From Octopus vulgaris (lineage: Eukaryota), in assembly GCA_951406725.2 (NCBI GenBank), contig OX597821.1, forward strand, positions 5,952,001-6,016,000: a DNA stretch of 64,000 bases. Direction: 5' to 3'. Shown here piece by piece: positions 29,855-42,937 of this stretch. The notes under the pieces were generated by a model. The model was not told the origin of the DNA. It worked only from the letters and a program-made list of their open reading frames with translations, and made no database searches. Made by a program: the position numbers and the translations under genes. Each line of letters opens with the position of its first letter. Within the stretch, counting starts at the first letter, position 1.

Positions 29855-31752
29855 CATGCATACCTCAGCTTAGGTCAGTTTGATTTAAGTTGTTCTTGAT
29901 TATACGCTGGTTCTCAAAAATAATATATGGAAAAATAAAAATCAAGCTAAGTCATTTTACTCGACTTTACATCTGTCCACCACGAATACTGGAATCGTAA
30001 AATCGCTAAAAAGCTGTTAAAAGCACATAAAATCATGTTAATGTATCATAAATAAGAATAAAAGCATATAAAATCATATTAAAATATGTACAGTAAATGT
30101 TCAGATACACACCACAAAGTAGTGTAACTTAGTGAATGAAATCATGAAATCAGCTGTGTTGTCTTATTTATTGGTCTTTCAGAACTCATATTACACTGTA
30201 GTTCTAATATCTACCGTTAGGCGGCGGCGTCACTCATGATTCCTGCAATTGCTTTGAATGCAGATTTGTTTATCGGCTACTTTCTCATTCTCATTCATTT
30301 GTGACTTTATTTTTTGCCCCGATGGCTCCTAAGAAAATTCATAGTGAAAGTGCTAAGCGTCATGCTATATCGCTGGAAGATAAACTGGCTATGATAAAAC
30401 GCCATGTAAAAAGTGAAAAAGTGGTAGCAATTGCATGATCTTTTGGGATGAATTGGACAACTGTATTGACGATTGTACATAATAAGAACAAAATTTTAGC
30501 ACATATCAAATCTGAAGCCCCAGGGATGAAAAACACTGTCATCAATAAGAAAAGAGGCAAAATCTTTGACGAAATGGATAGTCTTCTTTCTCTTTGGATT
30601 GTTAGGTTGAATCATCAGCGTGCTACTATTAGTCAAGAAATCATTCAAGAGAAAGCGTTGTCTTTGAGGACCTAAAGAAAAAATATCCAGATGAGAAAGA
30701 TGTAAAGTTCAAGGCAAGGCAAAGATGGTTCATAAGATTTATGGAGCGAAGTTATTACTCCATTAAGAAGCAAGGTGAAAGTGCATCAGCTGACAAACAA
30801 GCAGCAGCGGAATTTCCTAATGCCTTAAAGAAAATCATCGAAGAAAACAGGTTTCTTCTCGAACAGATTTTTAATGTAGACGAAACTGGATTGTATTGGT
30901 AAAAAGTTGCCAGACTGTTCAGTCATTTCCAAGGAGGAGAAAACTCCAAGGTCTCAAAAGAACGTGTGACCATTATGTTGGGAGATAATTGTGCAGGAGA
31001 TTTTAAGTTAAAGCCATTGCTTGTGTATCATGCACACAACCACCGTGCCCTGAAGAACATACCCAAGGCATCTTTCCCTGTTATATGGATGGCTAATTCA
31101 AAAGCTTGGGTTACTGTTGTTGTTTTTGAAGATTGATTCTTCAATCATTTTATCCCAGCACCAGAGAAGTACTGAAAGGAGAAGGGAATTCCTTTTAAGG
31201 CTTTATTTACTTTAGATAATGCTCCTGGCCTCCCGCAAAACATTATAGATTTTGAACGGCCAGAGTCAGCTGCTGATGTTGTGGATCCGAAGACATCTAC
31301 ACCTGTGATGCAAACCACCAAATTGTATGTATTGGTGAATTTAAAATAATTTAGTTTTTATTACTATTGCAAAATAATAATAATTACTGAATTTGTTTTT
31401 TAAGCTTAAAAAAGGTTTTTATTTTACCATGTTTTATTGCAAACTGCATTCATAAATAAAGCATCTGCAATGTACGGTAAACACCGCCAAATTGTATTTG
31501 TAAATTTAGATAACGTTTTTTCTTACTACACTGTATTAAAAAAATAAAAATTGTTTCTTTGTAAGCTTAGAATAAGTTTTTTATTAACCATGTATTATTG
31601 AAAATGCATTCATAAATAAAATACAAAACTGGGAATGGTTCTTATTGGTTTAGCCTAGAGACGAGTAAATTCGGCCTGGCCTGGAGACAAGTTAATTCAA
31701 CTTGAGTCATGTCTCCTGGAACCAATTAATGAGGTAGGATGAGGTATGCATG
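29855..31752 (+). mobile_element. Tigger/pogo DNA transposon, internally deleted
   Basis: 13-bp TIRs CATGCATACCTCA / TGAGGTATGCATG resembling the Tigger1 terminus CAGGCATACCTC; TA on the left, TG on the right; encloses a transposase remnant. Confidence 0.85.
30322..31255 (+). pseudogene. Tigger/pogo (CENP-B-like HTH + DDE) transposase pseudogene
   Basis: MAPKK..KRHAISLEDKLAMIKR, IFNVDETGLYW, KERVTIML..NCAGDFKLKPLLVY, WMANSKAWVT, LDNAPG; several stops and frameshifts; C-terminus missing. Confidence 0.9.
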
Positions 31753-32099
31753 TGTGTGTGTGTGTGCAGACACATGGCCTAGTGGTTAGGGTGTTGCACT
31801 CATGATCACCAGATCGTGGTTTCAATTCCTAGACCAGGTGGTGTGTTATGTTCTTGAGTAAAACAATTCATTTCGCATTGCTCTGCAATCACTTCGGCAC
31901 CTGTTACGAGGCACACCATGCACCTGTTCAGGTAACATTGATTTGATGGAGAAAGTAAGCTAATGTACAGCACATACATTTGATCACTATCAACATATCA
32001 TTCAGGCAGATCTTTCACCAAAAGCTGAACACTCATATGTCACCTTCGATCGGACAGTCCATCATTATTATTATTATTATTTATATATATATATATATA

Positions 32100-32353
32100 T
32101 CACGTGATCACGTGACCGACCAGACCATCAGATATTGCTACACATCGCTGTTCACAATGCGTTCGCATTGTTTTAGCCTTCGAATGATGCCATCCCGTCA
32201 AGAAAGAGTGAGAGAAAGAGTGGATCACCACCCCCTGCCAGAGCCTCGTGGTGCTTTTAGGTGTTTTAGCTCAATAAACACACACAACGCCCGGTCTGGG
32301 AATCGAAACTGCGATCCTATGACCGGGAGTCCGCTGCCCTAACCACTGGGCCA
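32100..32353 (-). mobile_element. tRNA-derived SINE family D
   Basis: Head TGGCCCAGTGGTTAGGGCAGCGGACTC..GTTTCGATTCCC followed by non-tRNA body; (TA)n flanks. Confidence 0.6.
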
Positions 32354-32472
32354 ATATATATATATATATATATAACGGGAAGCTTTATGAAAATAAACAA
32401 AAGACGAAGGCAGGTGGAAAACAAACGAACAATTGTATTAGTATGGCGCTCAGGAAATATAAATAAAACAAG

Positions 32473-32510
32473 TCTTTAACGTTTCGAGCCTACGCTCTTC
32501 AACAGAAAGA
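32473..32510 (-). ncRNA. Minimal type I hammerhead-like motif at PLE 3' end (atypical core)
   Basis: UCUUU CUGUUGA A GAGC GUAG GCUC GAAAC GUU AAAGA: stem I UCUUU/AAAGA, stem II GAGC/GCUC, palindromic ACGU in place of stem III. Confidence 0.65.
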
Positions 32511-33349
32511 TACACAGAGAGAGAAAAACACAGAAAGAAGGAGAGAAAAAAATGCGTGCAGTAGCTAACGAATCAACATGGCGATCTGATTTCGGCCAGA
32601 GGTCAAAGATCAAACATGAGACGCGAGAGCGAAATAAGGGGAGATAATAGGGTTGAGGGACCAGCTAAAAGTGCGTGGGAGGGGTCTGGATGTGTATGTA
32701 TAGGGTTGGTGTATGTATTAGTATGTATAAGGGTGTGTGTGTGTGTGTGTGTGTGTATGAGAGAGTATCAGTGCGTGGGATTGGTCTGGACGTGCGTATG
32801 TATGGGGTTGGTGTATGTATTAGTATGTATTAGTATGTATTAGTACGTATTGGTATGTATAGGTGTGTGTGTGTGTGTGTGAGAGAGTATAAGTGCGTAT
32901 GCGGGGTCTGGACGTGTGTATGTATAGGGTTGGTGTAAGTATTAGTATGTACTAGTATGTATTAGTACGTATTAGTATGTATTAGTTGGTGTGTGTATTA
33001 GTATGGCACATCATATGTGATGTGATGTGTAAAGTCATGTGGTGTAGTGAGGAGAAGAGGGGGAGGGGAGAAGAGGGGGAGAAGGGGAGGGGAAGAAGAG
33101 GGGGAGGGGAGGGTGAAGAGGAGAGGATGGGGAGAAGGAAGGGGAGGAGAGGGATGAAGGAGGAAAGAGGGAGAGGGGGAGAGAGAAGGGGAGAGAGGGA
33201 GTGAGGGAGCAGAGGGAAGAGGAAGAGGGAGGGAGAAAGAGGGAAGAAGGGAAGGGGAGTAGGGGTGAAAGGATGAAGGACTGAAGAAGTGGGGGTCGGG
33301 GGAGAAAGGATAGGTGAGGAGGGGGAGAGGGGGTTAGATGAGGAGGGGG

Positions 33350-35134
33350 GAGAGTTGAGACCAAATGGCGTATAAGAGCGAAGAGAGAAGATTAATTCCT
33401 GTTCACGGCGCAAACGGGAATCCGGATGGCCTCTGTGTAAGGACAAACCGAACACAGATAGGTGTTGCAAGGAGTGACCGGTGGAGCGGAAATGGCGTGA
33501 GACCGGTGTGTCGTTCGCAAGGTGGATGTCACGAAGGTGTTCCGCGAACCGGTCAGCCAAGCGGCGTCCCGTTTGTCCGATGTACAAGGAATTGCAGAGA
33601 GAGCAAGAGATGCAATAGATAATATTGCTGGAGGTGCAGGTGAAGGAGTGGATGATGGGATAGGGTCGATGGTGGGTGCTAGTGAGGCGGGTGGTGTTGG
33701 AGAGGTAAGGGCAAGTGCGGCAACGTGGGCGGGAGCAGGGGAACGAGCCGGGTTGGGAGGTAGGGTCAGGGAAGGAGCTATGGACCAAAAGGTCTCGAAG
33801 GTTGTGGGCTCGTTTGAAAGAGGGGAGGGGTCGGTTAGGGAAGAGGTGTGAAGTGGACGGGTCGGACTGGAGACGACGGAAAGCTCGAAGAATGGTGCGT
33901 TGGAGACGTAGGGTCGTGGGGTGGTAAGTGAGGGGAAAAGGGAGGCGGGAGACTACAGGGCGGGTTCGGGGAGAGAGAGCAGATACACGGTCCACGGACC
34001 GTGCTCTGGCAAGGGCGGTGTGGATAGTGGTGAGGGGGTATCCACGTAGGGTGAAGTGGTGAGCCATACGTTGAGACTGAGTCTCAAAGTCATGGTCGTC
34101 ACTACAGAGCCTACGTAGACGGAGGAATTGGGAATAGGGGATGGAAAGCTTGGTGTGTTCTGGGTGGGAGGAAGAGAAGTTGAGGTATGAGTGTGAGTCT
34201 GTGTGTTTGTAGTGAATGGAGGTGGTAAGAGTGGAGTCAAAAATGCTAACCGAAATGTCGAGGAAGGAGACAGAGGTGTTGGAGATAGTGGAAGTGAAGT
34301 GGAGGGCTGGATGGAAAGATTGGACGAAAGAGAGGAAGGAATCTAGATGTTCGCGGGAGAGTGAGGTGGCACCGATAATGTCGTCAATATAACGACCATA
34401 TAGTTCAGGAGTGGGACCAGTGAAAGTAGAGAATATTTGGGCCTCAACATAGCCAACGAACAGGTTCGCATAGTTGGGGCCCATTCGCGTTCCCATGGCC
34501 ACTCCCGAGATCTGATGGTAGAACTCGCCCGCGAACGAGAAGCAGTTCAGAGTAAGGACAAGTTCGGCCAGACGAATGAGTGTGGAGGTGTCAGGTACAG
34601 GGTTAGAGCGGAGGTCAAGAAAGTGTCGAAGGGCCTGCAGTCCTTCGTGGTGAGGGATAACAGTATAGAGGCTTTGGATGTCCATAGTAAAAAGGATTTT
34701 GGAGGAGCCGGGAGGAAAGGAGAAAGAGTTGAAAAGCCGGAGAGCATGGTTGGTATCGTGGATGTGGGAGGGAAGAGATGCCACTAGGGGGCAAGGACAC
34801 GGTCGAGGTATTTAGAGATGAGCTCCGTGGGGCAGTTACAGGCGGAGACGATGGGGCGGCCAGGGTTGTTGGGTTTGTGGATTTTGGGGAGGAAGTAAAT
34901 GGTGGGGGTACGTGGGGTTCGCACAATTAGGTTGGATGCGGTGCGGGGGAGACGGGAGGACAAGATGAGGTCTTGGACAGTAGAGGATACCGTCTGTTGG
35001 TAGCTACGTGTGGGGTTAGAGGGCAGAGGGGAATAGAAGGAGGTGTCATTGAGTTGGCGGAAAGCCTCAGCCCTATAGAGGTCCGTGCGCCACACCACTA
35101 CAGCTCCACCCTTGTCAGCCGGTTTGATGATAAT
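33350..35134 (-). pseudogene. PLE reverse transcriptase-GIY-YIG endonuclease ORF, one frameshift near 34786
   Basis: Motifs KPADKGGAVVV, LPKIHK..PGRPIVS, DIQSLYT, GVAMGT, RYIDD, Cys linker CSRPRCRTC, NIIYCISC..YIGQTGRRLADRFAEH and terminal PFGLN; the two track ORFs (34784-35305, 32982-34784) join if one C is added to a C5 run. Confidence 0.92.
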
Positions 35135-35258
35135 ATATATATATATCTTATTGACAGACATGGTAAGACGACAATAAAAGAATGAAAGAGACCTCAATAA
35201 TATGTAAATAGAGGAATTTATCTGTAAATATAATATGTGACAATTATTCGGTAGCCAT

Positions 35259-35319
35259 GATAAAACTCTGAGTTTCAGATGTGAGGGCAGCAACCCACGC
35301 TGCAATCTCTTCAGTTATC
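35259..35319 (-). ncRNA. Minimal type I hammerhead ribozyme motif
   Basis: GAUAA CUGAAGA GAU...AUCU GAAAC UCAGA GUU UUAUC: stem I GAUAA/UUAUC, near-palindromic ACUC-A-GAGU stem III, GUU site. Confidence 0.7.
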
Positions 35320-35508
35320 GGGCCATTGAAAAAAATGCTCTTTTTAAGTTTTCCTATTCCTGTTTCCTCTTCTTTATTATTGGACTGGTGGCAGGTGTTT
35401 AGGTTATTTCCTTGATAAACCCACTATCTTTTAGAGACTTATTATATACTGGGGCAACGCAATTTAAAAATGTCCCTATTTGAGGAGAGTCTAGATATAC
35501 ACAGACAC

Positions 35509-35539
<31 letters not shown>

Positions 35540-36457
35540 TACGTCCATCCTTTGAAATGCACCCTACTGATGTCCTTTCTCCAATCTTAACACCATCTCA
35601 TATTCTATCAATGACACCTCCCCCCACCTTTCTTTGCCACTCACTCTAATCACCCCCAATATACTGCCTCCTCCTCCCCTACCCTATCACCATGTCTCCC
35701 TTTCATTTCTTACCATTACATACCTTTTCACCAGGTCACCAGGTCACCTCCCTCCATCAGCCCACATGTCCTCTCACCAATACCACATGTCTCCTCGCAC
35801 CATCAAACAACATCTCCTCTCACCATCATCATGTTTCCTCTTACCAATACCACATGTCTCCTGTCATCACTATATGCCTCCTCTCACCAACACCACATGT
35901 CTCTTTTCCCCAACACCACATGTCTCCTGTCAGCACCACGTCTCCTCTCCTCTCCCCATCACCCCAGGTCTTCTCTCACCAGCACTACATGTCTCCTGTA
36001 TATCTTCTCCCCATCACTACATGTCACCTCCCACCACCACATGCCACTTCTTGTCATTACCACATGTCATCTCTCGCCATCACCATCATACCCAAATACC
36101 ACCCACAATCACCACTGATACTACTAGCACCACCACCACCACCACCACCACCATAACTACAAATACCATCATCACCATCACCACCACCACTACCGTCATC
36201 ATCATCATCACTATTAGTAATACTAACATCACTACCACCACCACCACCACTGCCGTTGCCACCACCACTACCATCACTACCACTAATAACAAATATTGTC
36301 ACCACACCACCACCACCACCACCACCACCATCAATACTAACATTATCATTACCATAACCACCATCACCAGCACCACCACCACAAATACTATCAGCTACAC
36401 CACCTTCCACTCTCAGCATTACCCTCCCACCACCACCATTGCTACCACCACCACCAG

Positions 36458-36490
<33 letters not shown>

Positions 36491-37132
36491 AACCGCCACC
36501 TACACACTGTGCCATACCCTATACACCCACATGTCCACAAGCTGCAACATCCTTGCATCCCACCACACAACCCGACCCCCCACCCCACCCCACCCCAACC
36601 AATTCCTGTCTTTTAGTTCCTTCCAAAATGGTTTATTTTCAAAAAAAAAAAAAAAAAAAAAAAAAAAGCCTCAAATTCTATTCAATCAATTATTTACATA
36701 CTTATTTACGTTCTGCTGTTTTCTGGCGGGTATTCGAGGAGCGGTGGGAGGCAAATGTATCCAAATTGAGAAAGGAGGAGGAGTAGGAATGAAGAGAGAG
36801 AGGGGGGGAAGGAGTGTTTGATGACAGGGGGAGACAATTCCTTGGGGGCTTCTTTAAAAAAAAAAAATTATATTTTATCTTCGTTTTATATTTCTTTAAA
36901 CTTTATTGAAATTTTCTTTTCTTTTGTCTTAAGTTTCTCTCTTCTATTTTATTTTATTTTATTTTTACTTTATTTAGTTTTTGCAATGAAAAGAAGGGAG
37001 AAGATTTACATTTTAATTTTTAGTTATGCATTTCCTTTATTTATTTTGATTTTTATATTTTATTCTTTTCTGCTTTTTTTTTTCTTTCGAAATGTTTTCA
37101 AGGAATTAATTTTTATCATTTTCTTTTATTTT

Positions 37133-37712
37133 TATACATACACACACACACACGCAAGCACGCACACACACATACATACATACATACATACATACATACA
37201 TACACACATACATACAAACATACACACATACAAACATACATACATAAACACATACATACATAGATATATACATACATACAAACATACATACGTACATACA
37301 TAAATACATACATACATACATACATACACACATACATACATACATACATACATACATACAAACATACATACATACATACATACAAACATACATACATACA
37401 TACATACATACACACATACATACATACATACACACATACATACATACATACATACACGCACGCACACAAACATACATACATACATACATACATACATACA
37501 TACATACATACAAACATACAAACATACATACAAACATACATACATACATACATACATACATACATACATACACACAAACATACATACATACACACATACA
37601 TACATACACACACGCACGCACGCACACACAAACATACATACATACATACATACATACATACGTACATACATACATACATACGTACATACATACATACATA
37701 CGTACATACATA
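37133..37712. repeat. (CATA)n tetranucleotide tract
   Basis: About 580 bp, direct inspection. Confidence 0.92.
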
Positions 37713-39241
37713 TATTTGTTGTTGGTGTTGTTTTTGTTGCTAAGCAGAGAGTACGAAGCCACTGGGCATTGCATGTAGCCAGGAGCAAGTAGGAATCTAT
37801 TGACAAAACTAACAGAAATGGGAAGAGAGAGAGAGAAGGGGGAAAAAAGGGAGAGAGATATAGGGGGAGAGGGAAATTTAGAAGAGGGACAGGGTAGGCG
37901 AGAGTGAGTTGAGGAGAGAGAGAGAGAGAGAGAAGGGGGAAAAAAGGGAGAGAGATATAGGGGGAGAGGGAAATTTAGAAGACAAAGATGAAGAAGGAGG
38001 GACAGATATGATGGGGGTAGGCGAGAGTGAGTTGAGGAGAGAGAGAGAGAGAGAGAGATAGTAGATAGAAGATAAAGAGATGTTATAATGAGGTGTACAC
38101 AGATGACAACAAAACAGACTTTGGTACAAGATTTACAAACTATGGATGAAATCGTGTATATGTGTGTATGTGTTCTTGTATGTGTGCTTGTATGTGTCTG
38201 TGTGTTTATGTGTGCACATGTGTGTGTGTGTCTATGTGTCTGTGTGTGCCTGTGTATGTGTGGGTGTCTGTGTATGTATGCATGTGTGTGTATATGTGTA
38301 TATGTATGCTTGTATGTGTCTGTGTGTGCATGTGTGTGCGTGTCTGTGTGTACCTGTGTATGTGTAGGTGTCTGTGTGTACCTGTGTATGTGTGGGTGTC
38401 TGTGTGTTTATGTGTGCGCATGTGTTTGTGTGTCTGTGTGTGTCTTTGTGCATGTGTGTGTGTGTGTATACAGACATGGTTAAATGTTGGAAGTTTGCTT
38501 TCCAACCACATAGTTCTGGGTTCAGTTCCACTCTCTGGCACTTTGGGTAAATGTCTTCGGCTATAATACCAGAGACCTGGTCTGACCGCCTTGAGAGTGG
38601 ATTCAGAATTTGGAAACTAAAAGAAGCCTGGTGCGTGTATGTGTGTGTATGCATGTAGATGCATGTTTATGTGTGTATGCATGTAAATGTGTGTGAGTGT
38701 GTGTTTATGTGTATGCACGTGAATATGTTCGTGTATGTGTATGCATATGAATGTGTATGTGCGTATGCATGTGAATGTGTGTATATGCGTGTGAATGAGT
38801 GTGTGTGCGTGTATGTATGTGAATGTGTGTATGCATGCGAATATGTTTGTATGTGTGTATGCTTGTGAATGTGTGTATGCACGTGAATGTGTATGTATGC
38901 ATATATGTGTGTGTGTGTGTACATGTGAATGTGCATGTGTGCATGTGTGTGTGTGTGTGTGTGTGTGTATCCGTGTCCTTGACTTGACATTGTGTGATAG
39001 CTGTAAATGAGTGTCACTGTCATACAAGCAGTGTCATTCATTTCCAATATTCTGTGCAAAAAGCTGTCATGAAGAAATATTACCTTGCTTGAAAAGAGGT
39101 GAGGGCTGGCAACAGCAAGAACATCTATCTGGTTGCAGAAAACCTGTCTTAACAAATCCTGACTGATCCATACAAGCATGGAAAAGCAAACAATACAATA
39201 AGGATGATCACACACATACATACATACATACATACATACAT

Positions 39242-39638
39242 ACTCTTTTACTCGTTCCAGTCATTTGACTACAGCCATGCTGGAGCACTGCCTTTAGTCG
39301 AGCAAAACGACCCCAGGACTTATTCTTTGTAAACCTAGTACTTATTCTATCGGTGTCTTTTGCCGAACCGCTAAGTGACAGGGATATAAACACACCAGCA
39401 TCGGTTGTCAAGCGATGTTGGAGGGGGACAAACACAGACACACAAACATATACACACACATACATACATATATATACGACGGGCTTCTTTCAGCTTCCAT
39501 CTACCAAATACACTCACAAGGCTTTGGTCGACCCGAGGCTATAATAGAAAACACTTGCCCAAGGTGCCACGCAGTGGGACTGAACCCTGAACCATGTCGT
39601 TGGTAAGCAAGCTACTTACCACAGAGCCAATCCTGCAC
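39242..39638 (-). mobile_element. SINE family A
   Basis: Full-length match. Confidence 0.85.
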
Positions 39639-39892
39639 CCAGGTATTTTTGATGTTGTTATTATTATTCAGGTCGAATCTTGTGGTTACTAGCCCGCACT
39701 CTTAACCACTACGCCATATGCCCGTACGTACGTATGTACATACATACATATATGCGATGAATTGAAAAGCAGTGACGAATGATAATTCTGTAAAATAATA
39801 TTTTATAAACTTAAAGCTTATAAGTGATCACTGTGTATTGACTAAAAAAAGGTACCCCTGAAGAAAGTAGCCCTAATATTGGGGCATATATA

Positions 39893-40116
39893 TTATTCTT
39901 TTATTCTTTTATAGGTTTCAGCCCTAAGGCTGTGGCCATGCTGGAGCAATGCCAGTGTAATCACCTTCTCAATGGCCAATCTTAAGTGATTGGCTTTCGG
40001 TGAAGGGGGGGAGTTTGACACTGATGCCCTTTTTGAATCTCCTGCCTTGATACGGTTCATCTGGGACTTTGGATAGCAAGAGTCAAGTTGTTTCTTGAAA
40101 ACATCTACCCCTACAC

Positions 40117-40120
<4 letters not shown>
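39893..40120 (-). mobile_element. CR1/L2-group LINE 3' end
   Basis: GVGVDVFKKQLD..(frameshift)SKVPDEP..SNS C-terminal signature, then short 3' UTR with stem-loop and (AAAAGAAT)n tail. Confidence 0.6.
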
Positions 40121-40159
<39 letters not shown>

Positions 40160-40809
40160 TATGTGTATGTATATATATATATGTGTGTATATATATGTAT
40201 GTACTGTGTGTGCGTATGCATATATATGTATATATATATATATATATACACACATATATATCGAAAGGATGTGTTATAATACCATTCCACACATACAAAA
40301 ACAGTCATACCAACATACCTCCTTCATCAGCTGCCCCATCGATATCATTATGGTTTTGGTGTGTATGTGTATGTATGCATGTGTGTGTTTATATATATAT
40401 ATAAAATTGAATAAGGGTGGAAATTGATATTAATCAATTAAAACCAGTGGCCTAGCATATTAAAAAAATCCGAAGATTAAAATATTTTTAACATACAAAA
40501 TTTAATGGACTGACCACTAAAAGTGGACGGTCAATATGCTAGATATAGACGTCAAAATCGCTATTTTCCACGAAGAGTGTGTTCTCAAGAAAAAACTCGG
40601 CACAAAACCAAAGGGTAAAAAATAAGCAAGACGAATGAAAATATACAAAATGAATACAATTACCTATATACCAATCAGTAATCATATTTATTTTGTATAT
40701 TTTCATTTGTCTTGCTTATTATTTACACACTCTTCGTGGAAAATAGCGATTTTGACGTCTATATCTAGCATATTGACCGTCCACTTTTAGTGGTCAGTCC
40801 ATTAAATTT

Positions 40810-40850
<41 letters not shown>

Positions 40851-40919
40851 ATAATACCAGACTGACTCAGTACCTCAACTTAATTATCAAATTCAAATGA
40901 ATCTTAATTATTTATTATT

Positions 40920-40957
<38 letters not shown>

Positions 40958-41330
40958 TATACAAATATATAAAATATATACAAGTATTTATAGATATACA
41001 TTTATGTATGCATAAAGATATATACATGCATATACTTATATGTATATATAGAGAATGGGGGGGGGAGAGATACATACATCTGTTTTATGTGTGATATTTG
41101 TGTATATGTGTGTATGCCAGTATGAACACATGTATATATAAATTCACACACACACGTGTGTGTGTGTGTGTGCACGCACGTAATAAACCAGAAACACAAA
41201 TTTGTAGTTAATTCCTTTTAAAGGAACTCAAGTGAAGAGAGGAAAGATAGAACAGATAACAACAACAACAACAACAACAACAAAGATAACAAAAACACAA
41301 AGAAATGAAATAAATATATTGAAATCACTC

Positions 41331-41361
<31 letters not shown>

Positions 41362-42291
41362 TATTGCCGTAATCCTCATCATCACCGTCGGCAGCACCAC
41401 CACCACCAGTAATAGAAATGATAATGATGATGATGATGATGATGATGAGTGGTGATTACTGAGGTGGTGGTGGTGGTGGTGGTGGTGGTGGTGGTGGTAG
41501 CTGTGAACTTGTTGATGATGGTAAAGGTGATAGTACTGACAATTTTGGTACTCTTCATGATATGAGCAGTGGTGGTGGTGGTGAAGATGATGGTGGAGGT
41601 GGTGGTGGTGGTGATGGAGGTGAAGATTGTGACAATGGTGGTGGTGGTGAAGATAGTGATGATGGTGGTGGTGGTGGTTGATGGTGATGGTGAAGATAGT
41701 TGTGGTGGTGGTGAAGATGGTGACAGTGGTGGTGGAGGTGGTGGTGATGATGATGATGGTGGTGGTGATGATGATGATGATGGTGGTGGTGGTGGCTGAC
41801 AATGCTGATGATGATGGTGGTTGCAGTTGCTGGTGGTGATGATGATCTTCTTATACTCCTCGTTATCATAATCATCAACCCCATGATCATCACCACCATT
41901 ATTACTATCATCATCATCATCATCATCACCAATGTCATCATCGTACCATTATCATCATCACCATTGCCACCACCACCACTTGTTACCACCACCACCATCA
42001 TCATAATCATCATCATCATCGTCATCACCACCACCATCAAACAGATGAATAGACAAGCCACTGTCATATCCACATTCCCAATAAATTATTTTCTTTCCTA
42101 TAAACACGATTTATTATGAAAATTAATATTTCATAATAAACAGACAGAAAAGTTTTACAAAAATACTGAACATAAAACACAACATCATCATACACACAGC
42201 ATTTGTATTGTAGGAATTCAGACACGAGTATGTGTGTAGAACCGTGTGACTGCCTACATGTGTATATATATATACACACACACATGTATAC

Positions 42292-42329
<38 letters not shown>

Positions 42330-42355
42330 GTATGTATATACACACATATACATGT

Positions 42356-42410
<55 letters not shown>

Positions 42411-42501
42411 TGCATATATGAAGTTTAAGGGGCAGTGGTAAGCGAGGACGTTGTAGAATAAAAAAAAAAAAGCTCCACTTAAATATAATAAATATGTAAT
42501 A

Positions 42502-42552
<51 letters not shown>

Positions 42553-42893
42553 CATACATATATATATATACATACATATATATATATATACATATATATG
42601 TATTTACATATATATGTATATGCATATATAGAAATATATGCATATATATGTATATACATATATATGTATATGCATATATAGAAATATATGCATATACATA
42701 CATACAAATATATATATATATATATATATATACATACATACAAATATATAAATACATATATGTCTACACACATATACACACACATATTTATATACATATA
42801 TATACACCTACATACAGATATATACATACACACACACGAACATTTATATACATACATATACACATTGTTTATATAAGTGTGTGCGCATTTGCG

Positions 42894-42937
<44 letters not shown>

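Larger units (their letters stand above)
32375..35134 (-). mobile_element. Penelope-like retroelement (Neptune-type), 5'-truncated, inserted in (TA)n
   Basis: RT plus GIY-YIG ORF, CT-rich and microsatellite 3' region, terminal hammerhead-like motif; (TA)n at both ends; GC content much higher than flanks. Confidence 0.92.

Noticed and set aside
32982-33350. Pro/Ser/Leu-rich C-terminal extension of the PLE ORF
   Set aside because: Homology ends at PFGLN; the remainder is read-through into the CT-rich 3' region.
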